Part shown: positions 10,394 to 20,015 of the stretch, one piece after another
Layout: each line of letters starts with the position of its first letter
How positions within the stretch are numbered: position 1 is the stretch's first letter
IMG/VR virus record: IMGVR_UViG_3300030673_000004
Location: 248,001 to 312,000 of that record
Length of the DNA: 64,000 nucleotides
Direction: 5' to 3' (one strand)
Position numbers and translations under genes: made by a program
The notes under the pieces: model-generated
Database searches by the model: none
Told to the model about the DNA's origin: nothing
The model's input: only the letters and a program-made list of their open reading frames with translations

Positions 10394-11407
10394 ATGTCTC
10401 TGTTGTCTGATTTTCTACTAAAGCAAGGCGTTGTCTGTGCTGCTGTCACGCCTGAAGATTACAGAAAAGACCACGAAGCACCCGGTCCTGACTATGCGGC
10501 TCCTATGTATGACCTCGAAAAAATGTATCCTAAAGATGTCTATACAGGGCGCGGTCACGAATATGCTAATTCACCAGAAGAACGTGATGGGTTATATGCC
10601 GTATCTCGCACCCATAATAAACCCTGGGCACCCATAACTATATATCGTGCAGTACCCAAAGATATAAGTAGAGCTAAAATAAACGTTGGTGACTGGGTAA
10701 CTACATCCCGTGCGTATGCTAAAGAACATGGTGAAGCACACCTTGGTGGCCATGGGGCATATAAAATTCTGAAACTAATAGCACATGCCCGTGATCTGTA
10801 TACAGCCGGAGATTCTTTAGCTGAGTGGGGATATTATCCTCGTCCTGCTACACCCGAAGAGGAGCGCCAGGTACACGCAATCAGAGATAACAGTGCTCGG
10901 GAGAGATTGCAGCGAGCAGCAAATGGTGAGAAACTAATTTCAATTAATAAGTATCCCGATGATGCCTATTATGGTAAAGAGCCCGAGTTTTTTCAAAAAA
11001 TGTTAGACGATGAGTATCAAGCTACCACAGCGGTTGATACTATTCCAGATACAACGGATATAACGGCGGCTGTAAACTATCAAGACGATACAGACTATGC
11101 AACAGAGCATACGGAGTTAACAAAACTGGGTTTGATTTTTGGACAACCACAAAGTAAGAATGACGGTATCCAGGTAACCTATAAAGGTCATACATTACAG
11201 ATACGCCCTGAACCAAAAGAAGTGGAACTATCTCCTGCTGTACCAGCATCTCGTGGTCGAAAACATGTTCCTGCCTCTGTAAAAAATGTACCAGGTTATG
11301 CTGTTACCGGAATAACGCCAAACGGAAATGTTACTCATGTATTACGGGCTGAGGATGCTGATAAGTGGTTACGTGGATTAAAAGCTCATTGGGATTCTAA
11401 ACAATGA
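10394..11407 (+). CDS. ADP-ribosyltransferase-like domain protein
   Basis: IYRAVP...GDWVTTSRAYAKEHG...LAEWGY follows the R-S-E layout. Confidence 0.55.
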   Translation: MSLLSDFLLKQGVVCAAVTPEDYRKDHEAPGPDYAAPMYDLEKMYPKDVYTGRGHEYANSPEERDGLYAVSRTHNKPWAPITIYRAVPKDISRAKINVGDWVTTSRAYAKEHGEAHLGGHGAYKILKLIAHARDLYTAGDSLAEWGYYPRPATPEEERQVHAIRDNSARERLQRAANGEKLISINKYPDDAYYGKEPEFFQKMLDDEYQATTAVDTIPDTTDITAAVNYQDDTDYATEHTELTKLGLIFGQPQSKNDGIQVTYKGHTLQIRPEPKEVELSPAVPASRGRKHVPASVKNVPGYAVTGITPNGNVTHVLRAEDADKWLRGLKAHWDSKQ

Positions 11408-11904
11408 ACATTTTATCAACATTTCTTAATTCATGCAATGTATCCCATATAGTAATAGCAGCGAGCAAGAAACCTTCCTCGGGTGCTGATGATTCTAATC
11501 AACGACACCCGAAACAAATTGTTCCTGACATGTTTAGAGCTAATAAAGTAGATGGTCTTACGGATGAAACTAAGATTGTTGCTTTTTCCTTATTGGCAGC
11601 AATAGCTTCAGGAACACCTTTTCAAGAGCTTGAGTCTATTGGTATCTCTGTACCAAATAGTCCAACAAAACTGCGTTTTCACTTTGATAAGATGCCCGGA
11701 AATCAGAATTTCAAAGGTATTCGGTATACTCGGTACATAGACCATAGTGCTAATAAACATTGGAGATTTTATTACATAGTTGGTTCTTCCCATGTCGCCT
11801 TGTTAGATATCTTCGACAAAGACAGCAATAAGATAGATAAAAATCAAGTAACACGACTGGTGTCGCTAATTAGAAAATTCAAAAATCAATCTGGTGAACG
11901 TTAA
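11404..11904 (+). CDS. RelE/HigB (Gp49-like) ribonuclease domain protein
   Basis: C-terminal WRFYYIV...VALLDIFDKDSNKIDKNQV matches the RelE/Gp49 pattern. Confidence 0.6.
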   Translation: MNILSTFLNSCNVSHIVIAASKKPSSGADDSNQRHPKQIVPDMFRANKVDGLTDETKIVAFSLLAAIASGTPFQELESIGISVPNSPTKLRFHFDKMPGNQNFKGIRYTRYIDHSANKHWRFYYIVGSSHVALLDIFDKDSNKIDKNQVTRLVSLIRKFKNQSGER

Positions 11905-11908
11905 GCAC

Positions 11909-11937
11909 TTGACAAATGAACATTATTAATGTATATT
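11909..11937 (+). promoter_or_regulatory. sigma70-type promoter
   Basis: TTGACA-17-TATATT with TTAATG before the -10. Confidence 0.85.
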
Positions 11938-11957
11938 TATAGCAGGAGGACGACACC

Positions 11958-12143
11958 ATGACGAAGCTTTCCAATACTGACATCCATGCTGCTAATCAGG
12001 AAGCTCTTGCCTCTATGTGCCCTGAGATGTTCATGGCAACCGCCTCTACTGAACCTGCGGTCTACGGTACTTGTGACACTACGCCTCTGGACATCTCACA
12101 GGAGGATCGTGAGTTTCTTCGCTCTATGGATCACTCCGCTTGA
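11958..12143 (+). CDS. small acidic hypothetical protein
   Basis: 61 aa, AGGAGG RBS, own promoter. Confidence 0.75.
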   Translation: MTKLSNTDIHAANQEALASMCPEMFMATASTEPAVYGTCDTTPLDISQEDREFLRSMDHSA

Positions 12144-12150
12144 TTAGTGC

Positions 12151-12179
12151 TTGACAGCCACACGTGTCTTAAGTATTAT
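12151..12179 (+). promoter_or_regulatory. sigma70-type promoter
   Basis: TTGACA-17-TATTAT. Confidence 0.7.
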
Positions 12180-12222
12180 TTAAGCAGTCTTGTTTCTAAC
12201 CTGAACAACTTGAAGGTGATCT

Positions 12223-13497
12223 GTGGGCCAGTGGAAAGATGAGCGAGATACAATTTTGGCAGAAGCTGATCTTGATCCTAAGGTCCGCAAAGATCTGGAG
12301 TGTGTTTCCCTGGCGGATCCAACTTTTTTTGATATTCCTAGACTCCGTCCTTACTTTAAGTGGGATAGGACCTCATACCAGCAGCGGCTACATGTAACAT
12401 ATGTGACAGCTTTGTCTAATTGCAAAACACCAATTCAAGCAGCACGTATTCACGGAAGTATCATCAAGCATCTGCAGGAAAAGCTAAAGAGTGCGTCTTT
12501 GTACGCTGCGTTTCAGGACATTATCTCCGATCCCGGACATATTGACGCTACCTCGGTTAATTTCGAGATCGCTCTTGCCTTCCAGTGGGGATCTCAAATG
12601 TATGCTCCTGCGCACTACAAACCGGATCCTGCAGCCAGCGCACGTCGTTGGCGTGGAATCTACGGGGATTTAGATCCGTATAGAGATCAAACATTTGTTG
12701 CAGCACACGCAGTGATTACTACGGATGTCAATAATGCCACTGCGGCTGCTACCGCTGCTACCACAGCATCAGAAGAACCCTTGGCCAAGATTGATGTTCC
12801 TAAAGAGGGTGGTGATCGTCCTGCTTACTTGGCACAGTTGCGAGATGCCCTTAGAACTAATTTGGGTACCCAAGAAGATGCAACTGTTGCTGGATCCGCT
12901 GATGCTAACACACGTGCTGCGTTTGATACTCTGTGCGCAACAGGTAGTATGCCTACAGATACTACTCTATCCACCGTGGAACAGGGTATGCGTATCAGTG
13001 AACTGCTGAAAACAAGCTTGAATCGCCAAGAAACCGTTAGGCATCTAAAGAGCCTCGCGGAGTGTAATGATGGTGATAGCTGTCCTGCGGATCATGCACC
13101 GTGCCTGCTTGGTGCCTATGGTAGTCTTCGTTCTGGCATGCACAACCATTTCTGCTTGGACTCGGATGATCTTCTCTTTTTAGGGAGAGGTACTGCTCGT
13201 GGTGTTCTTTTCCCTGTTGGAAACGCTGTTCCTGGCGCACATTTCTCTGTAGATAGACCTGACACAGATAAAGTTACCCTGGAAGTATATCTGCTGCCGT
13301 TTAGTAGTCTAAAGAAACTGGATAAACTGTTAGGCTTTACAAGAGACGCAACTTCTCTATATACGAGACGTACTGTTTTAGCTACCATGGAGTCTGGTGA
13401 GTTGCTACTCACCCATGTCTATGAATATGACGGCAGAGCCTCTCGTGAGCCCATCCCAAGTGGGGATTGGTTTGAGTATAGGAAGTCACGCGAATAG
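12223..13497 (+). CDS. hypothetical protein
   Basis: 424-aa ORF with Ala/Thr-rich linker. Confidence 0.75.
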   Translation: MGQWKDERDTILAEADLDPKVRKDLECVSLADPTFFDIPRLRPYFKWDRTSYQQRLHVTYVTALSNCKTPIQAARIHGSIIKHLQEKLKSASLYAAFQDIISDPGHIDATSVNFEIALAFQWGSQMYAPAHYKPDPAASARRWRGIYGDLDPYRDQTFVAAHAVITTDVNNATAAATAATTASEEPLAKIDVPKEGGDRPAYLAQLRDALRTNLGTQEDATVAGSADANTRAAFDTLCATGSMPTDTTLSTVEQGMRISELLKTSLNRQETVRHLKSLAECNDGDSCPADHAPCLLGAYGSLRSGMHNHFCLDSDDLLFLGRGTARGVLFPVGNAVPGAHFSVDRPDTDKVTLEVYLLPFSSLKKLDKLLGFTRDATSLYTRRTVLATMESGELLLTHVYEYDGRASREPIPSGDWFEYRKSRE

Positions 13498-13506
13498 AGG
13501 AAACTA

Positions 13507-15249
13507 ATGTCGAGTCTGCCGAATAGCTTAGGTTACTTTGTTAAGTCAGCAGGCGCTCGTCCTTTTTCGCAAACTTCTATTGTAGCCGTTACTGAGAATA
13601 AACCTGCACTACAGTCTTATCAGGAATTCGGACTTAGCGCGTTTTTCCGAAACGACATTGATTCACTTGAGATACTAGTTGGACAGCGCTCTGACGGGCT
13701 GTCCTTTTCATCTATAGCCTCTGGTACCTTGGGGCTTTATAGGGTTCAACCTGGATGCCAGACAGACACCCTTTTGCGCAGTCTTGATTTTGAACCATCT
13801 TGTCAAAGATATGATAAGTCCTATAGATTTTATATGACTTCACCTGGAGCACCTGATGAGCAAATTTGGGTAGCTTGTGAGTTGACATTAAAAGATGGTA
13901 CAACAGTATTTAAGGACATACCGTTACTTACTGATGAAAATCAGGCACGCATCCATAATCAAAATCAGCGTGTTGGTCATCTAAGCAGCTCGCAGGATGT
14001 ATCGTGGGAGCATAAAGCCCCGGCTACCGTAGCTATTCGGGCCTTGGACGACTTGGCTGAGACACCGTTAGTTCAAATGAACTTCACAGATCAGCCCTTG
14101 CTTCGTTATGATGATGGTACGTTAATCTATGCTGGTGGTGGGAACCGTTTCTTAGTAGGTACTTCAAGTATTATATACCAGGATGAAGATACGGCCCCTT
14201 GGGATCTGGGCATGCCTGTATTCCTAGAAAGTACTGCTAGTAATTTGCTGCCACATGCAGGTATGAATGTTAATTATGGTACATGGGATTCTCTAAATGA
14301 CCCGGTCGTTGTTGAAACTCGTGAGGTTTTTACTGCTTTTGGCGATGCCTACAGAATGGCATTTTTTACAGCATCCTCACCGAAGCAGATAAATTCCACG
14401 TGGACCTGGAGGAGCGATAAAGTTGCTTTTGATGGGAATACTGTAACAGGTTCAATGTTTGTTTATGCTAACTCAGATGACGCAGATCGTCTAAAATTTG
14501 AATTAGTGCTTCAAGTTATTTCAGCTACAGGGTCCGCTGTTTTATTTGAGGGCACCAAGCAGCTAGCATACACAGACATAAAGAATGTTAATGTGCATGA
14601 AGTGAATTGGTGCAAAGAGACCTCTGCGACAGCCGTTGCCGGTTACGTTCAACTGCTTCTGCGTGTATCAAATTTCAATCCCGGTGATAGATTCATGCTT
14701 GGGCTTGGTTTCCCTCAGGTGGAATACGGCAAAACAGCATCTACTAGAATACCCTCTGGTGGCACACGTCAAAGGGATCAATTAATCTACCTACCTTCGT
14801 CGTCATACTTAGCTGAGATGGATTTTGGTGCCATGCAGGTGACATGGGCTCCACTCTATGAGGGAGCACCAGACCCTGCTGGTGACCAGATACTATTTGA
14901 TACACGAGATTCTTTAGGTAAGAGCGGAATTGTACTAAAGCACACACGAGTAGGTTTGTTTGTTGCTCGCTTAGTAGATGCTGCTGGGACCTTTGCGGAA
15001 GTATCATCTGCATCTTTGATACCCTTAGAGAATGGTGTTACATATAAAACAATTGTATATTGGGATGATTCTTTACGTCAAATGCGCATAGATATAAATG
15101 GATCCCCTCTAGTAACTAAAACATTTATGGCTTTTCCTAATATGGGTAAAGTAGCACCGACTAGAATTCTCTTTGGGTGTTCATATCTAGAACAAGAGAA
15201 TCCAGAGTTTAAGTTGTTTGGTTTTGAACATAAGATAGCGAAATCGTAA
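13507..15249 (+). CDS. putative tail/baseplate protein with C-terminal LamG/ConA-like domain
   Basis: 580 aa, beta-rich; QVEYG..ASTRIP...TR and ILFD..DS motifs typical of phage tail lectin-like proteins. Confidence 0.55.
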   Translation: MSSLPNSLGYFVKSAGARPFSQTSIVAVTENKPALQSYQEFGLSAFFRNDIDSLEILVGQRSDGLSFSSIASGTLGLYRVQPGCQTDTLLRSLDFEPSCQRYDKSYRFYMTSPGAPDEQIWVACELTLKDGTTVFKDIPLLTDENQARIHNQNQRVGHLSSSQDVSWEHKAPATVAIRALDDLAETPLVQMNFTDQPLLRYDDGTLIYAGGGNRFLVGTSSIIYQDEDTAPWDLGMPVFLESTASNLLPHAGMNVNYGTWDSLNDPVVVETREVFTAFGDAYRMAFFTASSPKQINSTWTWRSDKVAFDGNTVTGSMFVYANSDDADRLKFELVLQVISATGSAVLFEGTKQLAYTDIKNVNVHEVNWCKETSATAVAGYVQLLLRVSNFNPGDRFMLGLGFPQVEYGKTASTRIPSGGTRQRDQLIYLPSSSYLAEMDFGAMQVTWAPLYEGAPDPAGDQILFDTRDSLGKSGIVLKHTRVGLFVARLVDAAGTFAEVSSASLIPLENGVTYKTIVYWDDSLRQMRIDINGSPLVTKTFMAFPNMGKVAPTRILFGCSYLEQENPEFKLFGFEHKIAKS

Positions 15250-15347
15250 TGGCACTATACTTTGTCTGCTGGCTTTACCAGATAGTAATGGGTGGATCCT
15301 TTAAGCCACCGCAGGTGCTGAATTAGTATCTGAGCTAACTTCTTTGT

Positions 15348-15911
15348 ATGAAATCCTTAGCTTATGATTTGGCAAAGAGTGAGCTTGAGATGCTTATGGA
15401 CTGTGCTGTTTGCAATCATGTTACCGCAAAATCAGCCCAGAAATATCAAGAAAGAGTCAGTTCTATCGTAGCTGAGGCTCACGCGGATGCCTATGAAGAT
15501 GAGTATGCAGACTTGGCTGTCTTGAAAGCTACAGCAGTTACCTACTTGCAACAACAGGTGGACCGTTATGCTCACGTATTGACTCCCGTAGTAGATAATA
15601 ACACACAAGTATATGCTGCTTTTGCCTCTGTTCCAGGAGCTATACTTGAAAAGAATTCTATAGCTGTACCTAGCTTACATCATGTAACGCTATCACGAGT
15701 GGATAATGCTAGGCTAAAACGTATAATAGAAGCTGCTGAAGATGTACCCCATGCTCTATACATAATTAAGAGCATGTCTGAGGTAACTGCGTCGTCTGTA
15801 AGTTATGACTTGACATCAGATAGTTTATCATTCATACGTAGAGCAGTAAATGGCCTATCTCAGGATAGAACGGCTAAAGCCCTGAAGAAAGCTTTTGGTT
15901 CTCTGCTATGA
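15348..15911 (+). CDS. hypothetical protein, probable virion protein
   Basis: 187-aa Ala-rich ORF overlapping the next gene. Confidence 0.7.
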   Translation: MKSLAYDLAKSELEMLMDCAVCNHVTAKSAQKYQERVSSIVAEAHADAYEDEYADLAVLKATAVTYLQQQVDRYAHVLTPVVDNNTQVYAAFASVPGAILEKNSIAVPSLHHVTLSRVDNARLKRIIEAAEDVPHALYIIKSMSEVTASSVSYDLTSDSLSFIRRAVNGLSQDRTAKALKKAFGSLL

Positions 15912-16747
15912 GTTACACTATCTCTATGGTCAATGGGGACTTTGATTACGACTCCTATGGGCGTGTTCGTACTGTATCTGGCACTAATAAATCGGCGCAA
16001 GATTTAGGCGAGATGCTACAGTCCCGCTTTGACAGCTCTCGTGGTTATGGTACAAATCTTGAAGTTGGTCATATTGGATATCTTGATCAGTCTGCTTGGA
16101 TCAAATCAGAACTTCAAGCAACTGTTACAAGGTTTCAGACTATCCAAAAGAAATCTGGCACATCAGATCGAAATGAGCTTGTCTCCGGTGTAAAGTCAAT
16201 CGCAGTTACAACTGATGGGTGGGGTGCCTACACTTGGAATTTACAAGTAACTGTCGGAACCGGCGCTACAGTCACATCATATAACGGTGTGCTGGGACGG
16301 CGCAAGACAGCCTTGTTAAACAGTTCACCGACAAATCAGGGTAACACAACAGGAACGTACACACCAGAATTAACGTCGGATGAGACATTAGCACATGCAC
16401 AACAGCGTGTTACTTCTACAGCAGATTGGGGAACATCTCAAGCAGGCTTTGTATGGAAGTCTCCAGAGCTGCCTATTCCTGTGGCTGTAATTACAGCCTT
16501 GGTAACATTAGCCAGTTTAGCAGCTCCCTCGGCTATTACAATAAAACCCTCAGTACCTGCTACGCCGAAGCCTGTATCATATGTGTCTTTTGTTATTGAT
16601 GCTAAAGAAGTTATGGTATCTACATTATCACCTTATACTGTAGTTATACCAAATATCAAAAGTGGTACAACAATCATTTATATGTATGCACACTCGGCAG
16701 ACAATAAAGTAGTTGGTACGGGATCTGTTGAAGTTACACTAAATTAA
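15908..16747 (+). CDS. gp25-like baseplate wedge/sheath initiator with C-terminal Ig-like domain
   Basis: NGDFDYD.YGRVRTVSG..K.AQDL...GYGT.L at the N-terminus; VSFVID...SPYT...YAH..DN at the C-terminus. Confidence 0.55.
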   Translation: MSYTISMVNGDFDYDSYGRVRTVSGTNKSAQDLGEMLQSRFDSSRGYGTNLEVGHIGYLDQSAWIKSELQATVTRFQTIQKKSGTSDRNELVSGVKSIAVTTDGWGAYTWNLQVTVGTGATVTSYNGVLGRRKTALLNSSPTNQGNTTGTYTPELTSDETLAHAQQRVTSTADWGTSQAGFVWKSPELPIPVAVITALVTLASLAAPSAITIKPSVPATPKPVSYVSFVIDAKEVMVSTLSPYTVVIPNIKSGTTIIYMYAHSADNKVVGTGSVEVTLN

Positions 16748-16808
16748 TTATCACATCTTGTATACCGACCACATCGTTATTATGTTTATTTCCTAGGAGA
16801 TACAACCT

Positions 16809-17585
16809 ATGTTGGTCGATGCTACTTGCCCTGAAAATGATCCTATCCTCGATTTCTGTAGAACTCTAGATGGATCTAAAACAGAATCCTTAGATGTCCT
16901 TACCGTTCTATTGCACAGAGAAACAAGTAAGTTCGATAGAACCGTGCTTACCTTGTCAGATCTTAATTTTTTACTGCATACCGCTATTCAAGATCAAAAT
17001 AAAGAATTAACCGAGTTGATTAGTCTTGCGCTACGCTTAAAAGAGAGCGTATCGGCAGGTCACTTAGATGTTGAATATGTAGGACTGGGAAGAAACCCTG
17101 CTAACTTATATTACACTGATTGTTTATTGCTTCGCATGGGTTCTCGCATCTATAGCTATAAGCCACTTACTTTGATGACTACCATGGATCGTTGGGATGC
17201 TCGTATGAAACTGATAATAGGGGCACCAACGGGGTTGATTTCATTCAGTCACTTGTTAGCTGCACGTACTTTAATAAAAGTAGGTTCTGTCTGGGATGCT
17301 GCTACAGATAAGCGAGTACCGTCTGCCCTGCGTAATGTGTCGTGTATCTATTATGCTGAAGGTCAGTTAGACACTAGTACAGTTGTCTTAAAAGTAACAC
17401 GTGAATCGGGCATAGGTTCTTCTCTTGTGTCAGAGGCACAGTTGTTACTAGAAGACACGGTTCTGATACATCTCAATGGTGATGCTCTATACGATGCTAT
17501 AGCTACTGGTGTACTGCAGCTTGGTACAGATGATGTACTGCGCAGCTCACTACTTCATTATATTGTACATACTAAAAAGCCTTGA
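16809..17585 (+). CDS. hypothetical protein
   Basis: 258 aa, AGGAGA RBS. Confidence 0.75.
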   Translation: MLVDATCPENDPILDFCRTLDGSKTESLDVLTVLLHRETSKFDRTVLTLSDLNFLLHTAIQDQNKELTELISLALRLKESVSAGHLDVEYVGLGRNPANLYYTDCLLLRMGSRIYSYKPLTLMTTMDRWDARMKLIIGAPTGLISFSHLLAARTLIKVGSVWDAATDKRVPSALRNVSCIYYAEGQLDTSTVVLKVTRESGIGSSLVSEAQLLLEDTVLIHLNGDALYDAIATGVLQLGTDDVLRSSLLHYIVHTKKP

Positions 17586-17610
17586 CAAAAGTACACAGAT
17601 CAGTTATTTT
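17582..17610 (+). promoter_or_regulatory. sigma70-type promoter for a leaderless gene
   Basis: TTGACA-17-TATTTT; ATG begins at the 7th nt after the -10. Confidence 0.7.
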
Positions 17611-17616
17611 GTAGGC

Positions 17617-17931
17617 ATGCGTATTTCATATGGTAAGTTGCTCATCTTAGAAGTTATCGCTGCCTTTGTTTTGGTAACAGGGGTGCTCTCGCTCTCTTCT
17701 TGCTCTGATGAACCTAGGGCACCGAATGCTCCTCAGACAGCCACCACGCCTGAGGCAGTAGATACAACATGGATCACTTGTGTAGATGCTGCCCACGACA
17801 CTGTGGTCTATGTGGCTGAGGGGCATGAATTTAATCCCAGTACCAATAATTTGTTCTGCTTTGTTCTGCATTACGCACAAAAGAAAATGAACGTATGGAA
17901 CCAGAACTGCACTTGGGAAGAACCTAAGTAA
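17617..17931 (+). CDS. putative lipoprotein
   Basis: hydrophobic signal ending LSSC; start at ATG 17617. Confidence 0.65.
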   Translation: MRISYGKLLILEVIAAFVLVTGVLSLSSCSDEPRAPNAPQTATTPEAVDTTWITCVDAAHDTVVYVAEGHEFNPSTNNLFCFVLHYAQKKMNVWNQNCTWEEPK

Positions 17932-18275
17932 TGGTGGAGTTGGATGACACGCTTACCTTTGAAGAGATGCGGAATCGTCTTGTAACTTTGCTGCATCCAG
18001 AGTTTGAAGTTGATAATGTATTATCTTCTATTCTAAAAACACATAAAGATCCAGATAGTGATCTAGCCAAGCTGTATCCGTCCTTGCCAAAAACAGCTTC
18101 TCAGTTCTACTTAATCGCTGTTAGCGTGTTAGCTCAGCGCAGACAAGAACACCCAAATGATACTTTAGGTAGTTGGGTAGTTGGCTATCCCTACCGAGAG
18201 GGTACCCGGCGTGCTCGTTTTTTCTTCAAATCTGATATACGTGTTATGCGTATTTTAGGTTTGCTCCAGACTTGA
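17931..18275 (+). CDS. hypothetical protein
   Basis: TAATG coupling to upstream gene. Confidence 0.7.
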   Translation: MVELDDTLTFEEMRNRLVTLLHPEFEVDNVLSSILKTHKDPDSDLAKLYPSLPKTASQFYLIAVSVLAQRRQEHPNDTLGSWVVGYPYREGTRRARFFFKSDIRVMRILGLLQT

Positions 18276-18325
18276 AAATACGTAAATTAACATTGTCCGA
18301 ATCACTTTAGTTCAAGGAGAGAATC

Positions 18326-18517
18326 ATGCCAGTCATTGAAGAAGTTCCGAGTACCAGTCCCGAGTTTGAAGAAATTTCTACTTGGGATGCTGCCAAGATT
18401 TGGGTTAAAGGCCAGATTGCCCGCCTTATTTGGCCCTTGCTTGGAATCTCGGCTGCTGTTATTCTTGTCGTTGGCATGGTGTTTTGGTTGAAGCACCGGA
18501 ATAGTGACGAAGACTAA
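18326..18517 (+). CDS. small membrane protein
   Basis: AAGGAG RBS, one hydrophobic segment. Confidence 0.7.
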   Translation: MPVIEEVPSTSPEFEEISTWDAAKIWVKGQIARLIWPLLGISAAVILVVGMVFWLKHRNSDED

Positions 18518-18893
18518 TTTTGCTCACGAGGTCTATGCTATGAGCTATAATACTGTATTCACTTTGCTGTTGGTGGTACTGCTATTTGCATCCAGCTATA
18601 CATTCAGCACAGATAAGACCTGGATGTTTGTTCGAGATGCCAATAAGATGCTTTGTGGCATAAATCTAGCTATTCCTGTGTTGAAAAAATATACAAAAAT
18701 CCAAACAGGTGGTACATGTAACAGCATAGAACTTCCTGTTTGTCAGAATGATACACAGATAGGTCTTCTGGTATTGCCTTGTACTGGACAGCAACGAAAC
18801 GACTGGGAAGCGACTGTAGCTGAGTGGATTTTTGAATATGGTAAAAAGATTCAGCAGTTGAAAGATGCCTATCATGACCAACACCCAGCTTGA
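18504..18893 (+). CDS. hypothetical exported/membrane protein
   Basis: N-terminal hydrophobic stretch. Confidence 0.6.
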   Translation: MTKTNFAHEVYAMSYNTVFTLLLVVLLFASSYTFSTDKTWMFVRDANKMLCGINLAIPVLKKYTKIQTGGTCNSIELPVCQNDTQIGLLVLPCTGQQRNDWEATVAEWIFEYGKKIQQLKDAYHDQHPA

Positions 18894-19275
18894 GAAACTG
18901 GATCAGATTGAAGTACAGGATACACTGCTGCTTCGAGACATTGTAGATATTGCTATGGCTAAAGTACAGTCAACATATAAACGTACATGTATTCAGACTT
19001 TGGATGTAAGCGACAGTGGTGTTTGCCGTCTGACCACGAAGATCAGTTTTCAAAAGCAGTCAGGTGCGCAGCTTAGCGTAACAGATACAAATAACTGTGT
19101 GCAGGAGACGAGTTTAATCAGCCGCATTGTTCATAATTGGTTGAGTTTTAATCTCTTGCGTCCCAGCTTTACAATTTACCCTATCTGCTTAAAAGATGAT
19201 ATGGGCGGTAAAGTCAACATCTGCCAGTTTGGTCTATGCTACCTACACTATAAGGATAGCTCATGCCCAATTTAG
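18865..19275 (+). CDS. hypothetical protein
   Basis: ORF tiling within operon. Confidence 0.6.
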   Translation: MPIMTNTQLEKLDQIEVQDTLLLRDIVDIAMAKVQSTYKRTCIQTLDVSDSGVCRLTTKISFQKQSGAQLSVTDTNNCVQETSLISRIVHNWLSFNLLRPSFTIYPICLKDDMGGKVNICQFGLCYLHYKDSSCPI

Positions 19276-19577
19276 TAAACATACTCCTTATTCTGGTTTT
19301 TGGGTTCGGTGTGTTTTTCCTCGTGCGCCGTATGCGTGTTGACTATCCTCTAGGTATGCTCACACGCAGGCACATTCTGGATGTGACCTTAGGGCTTATT
19401 GGACTTCTGATAGAATCTGTCTATTCAATTCTACAAGTATCTCTTGTTAAGCCTATGCAGGTATATTTGGCTATTGTATTCATACTTTGGGTACTTGACT
19501 GCTACTACTTAAGTTCTTTCCATCGTTTCTTAAACAAACCAATCTTGCCTAAAAGCAAAGATATAAGGAGATTCTAA
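19263..19577 (+). CDS. membrane protein (about 3 TM)
   Basis: three hydrophobic segments, AAGGA RBS. Confidence 0.65.
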   Translation: MPNLVNILLILVFGFGVFFLVRRMRVDYPLGMLTRRHILDVTLGLIGLLIESVYSILQVSLVKPMQVYLAIVFILWVLDCYYLSSFHRFLNKPILPKSKDIRRF

Positions 19578-19891
19578 TGATCCTGTTCACCGTTCTTAAT
19601 ACCCTTGGTGCTGCCACAGAGTCAACCATGGAAGAGGCTCCCTCTGTTGTATCTGGTGGTGTAATCTTTTTTCTGCTTCTGCTGCTTGTCAGTGGTGTTG
19701 TTGTCGTAGCCTTTTTTGCTAAGAAGGCTGAGGAGCGTCGGAAGTTGGAACAGGCACGTCGTCTTGTTGCGGAGGAGGCTCAGGCCCGTGCTGTTCGCGT
19801 AGAGATCCGGGGCAGTACACCAGCCGAACGAAACGCTAATCTGCGTGAGAATGTTCGCACTAACTTGTTCGGTGATCACGCGCAGCCTTAA
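19577..19891 (+). CDS. membrane-anchored protein
   Basis: AAGGAG RBS, one TM then a charged helix. Confidence 0.7.
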   Translation: MILFTVLNTLGAATESTMEEAPSVVSGGVIFFLLLLLVSGVVVVAFFAKKAEERRKLEQARRLVAEEAQARAVRVEIRGSTPAERNANLRENVRTNLFGDHAQP

Positions 19892-19912
19892 GTCGTGCTA
19901 ACAGCATAGAAT

Positions 19913-19942
19913 AAAAACCGCTAATGTATTTTAGCGGTTTTT
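19913..19942 (+). terminator. intrinsic terminator
   Basis: AAAAACCGCTAA/TTAGCGGTTTTT hairpin with T-tract. Confidence 0.85.
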
Positions 19943-19956
19943 CTTTGTTGATTACA

Positions 19957-20015
19957 TTGACAAGCATACAAAATTAATGTATATTTGTTCTTGTCACCTC
20001 AACAAGGAGTTCAAC
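19957..20015 (+). promoter_or_regulatory. early promoter-leader cassette, copy 2
   Basis: TTGACAAGCATACAAAATTAATGTATATTTGTTCTTGTCACCTCAACAAGGAGTT. Confidence 0.9.
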
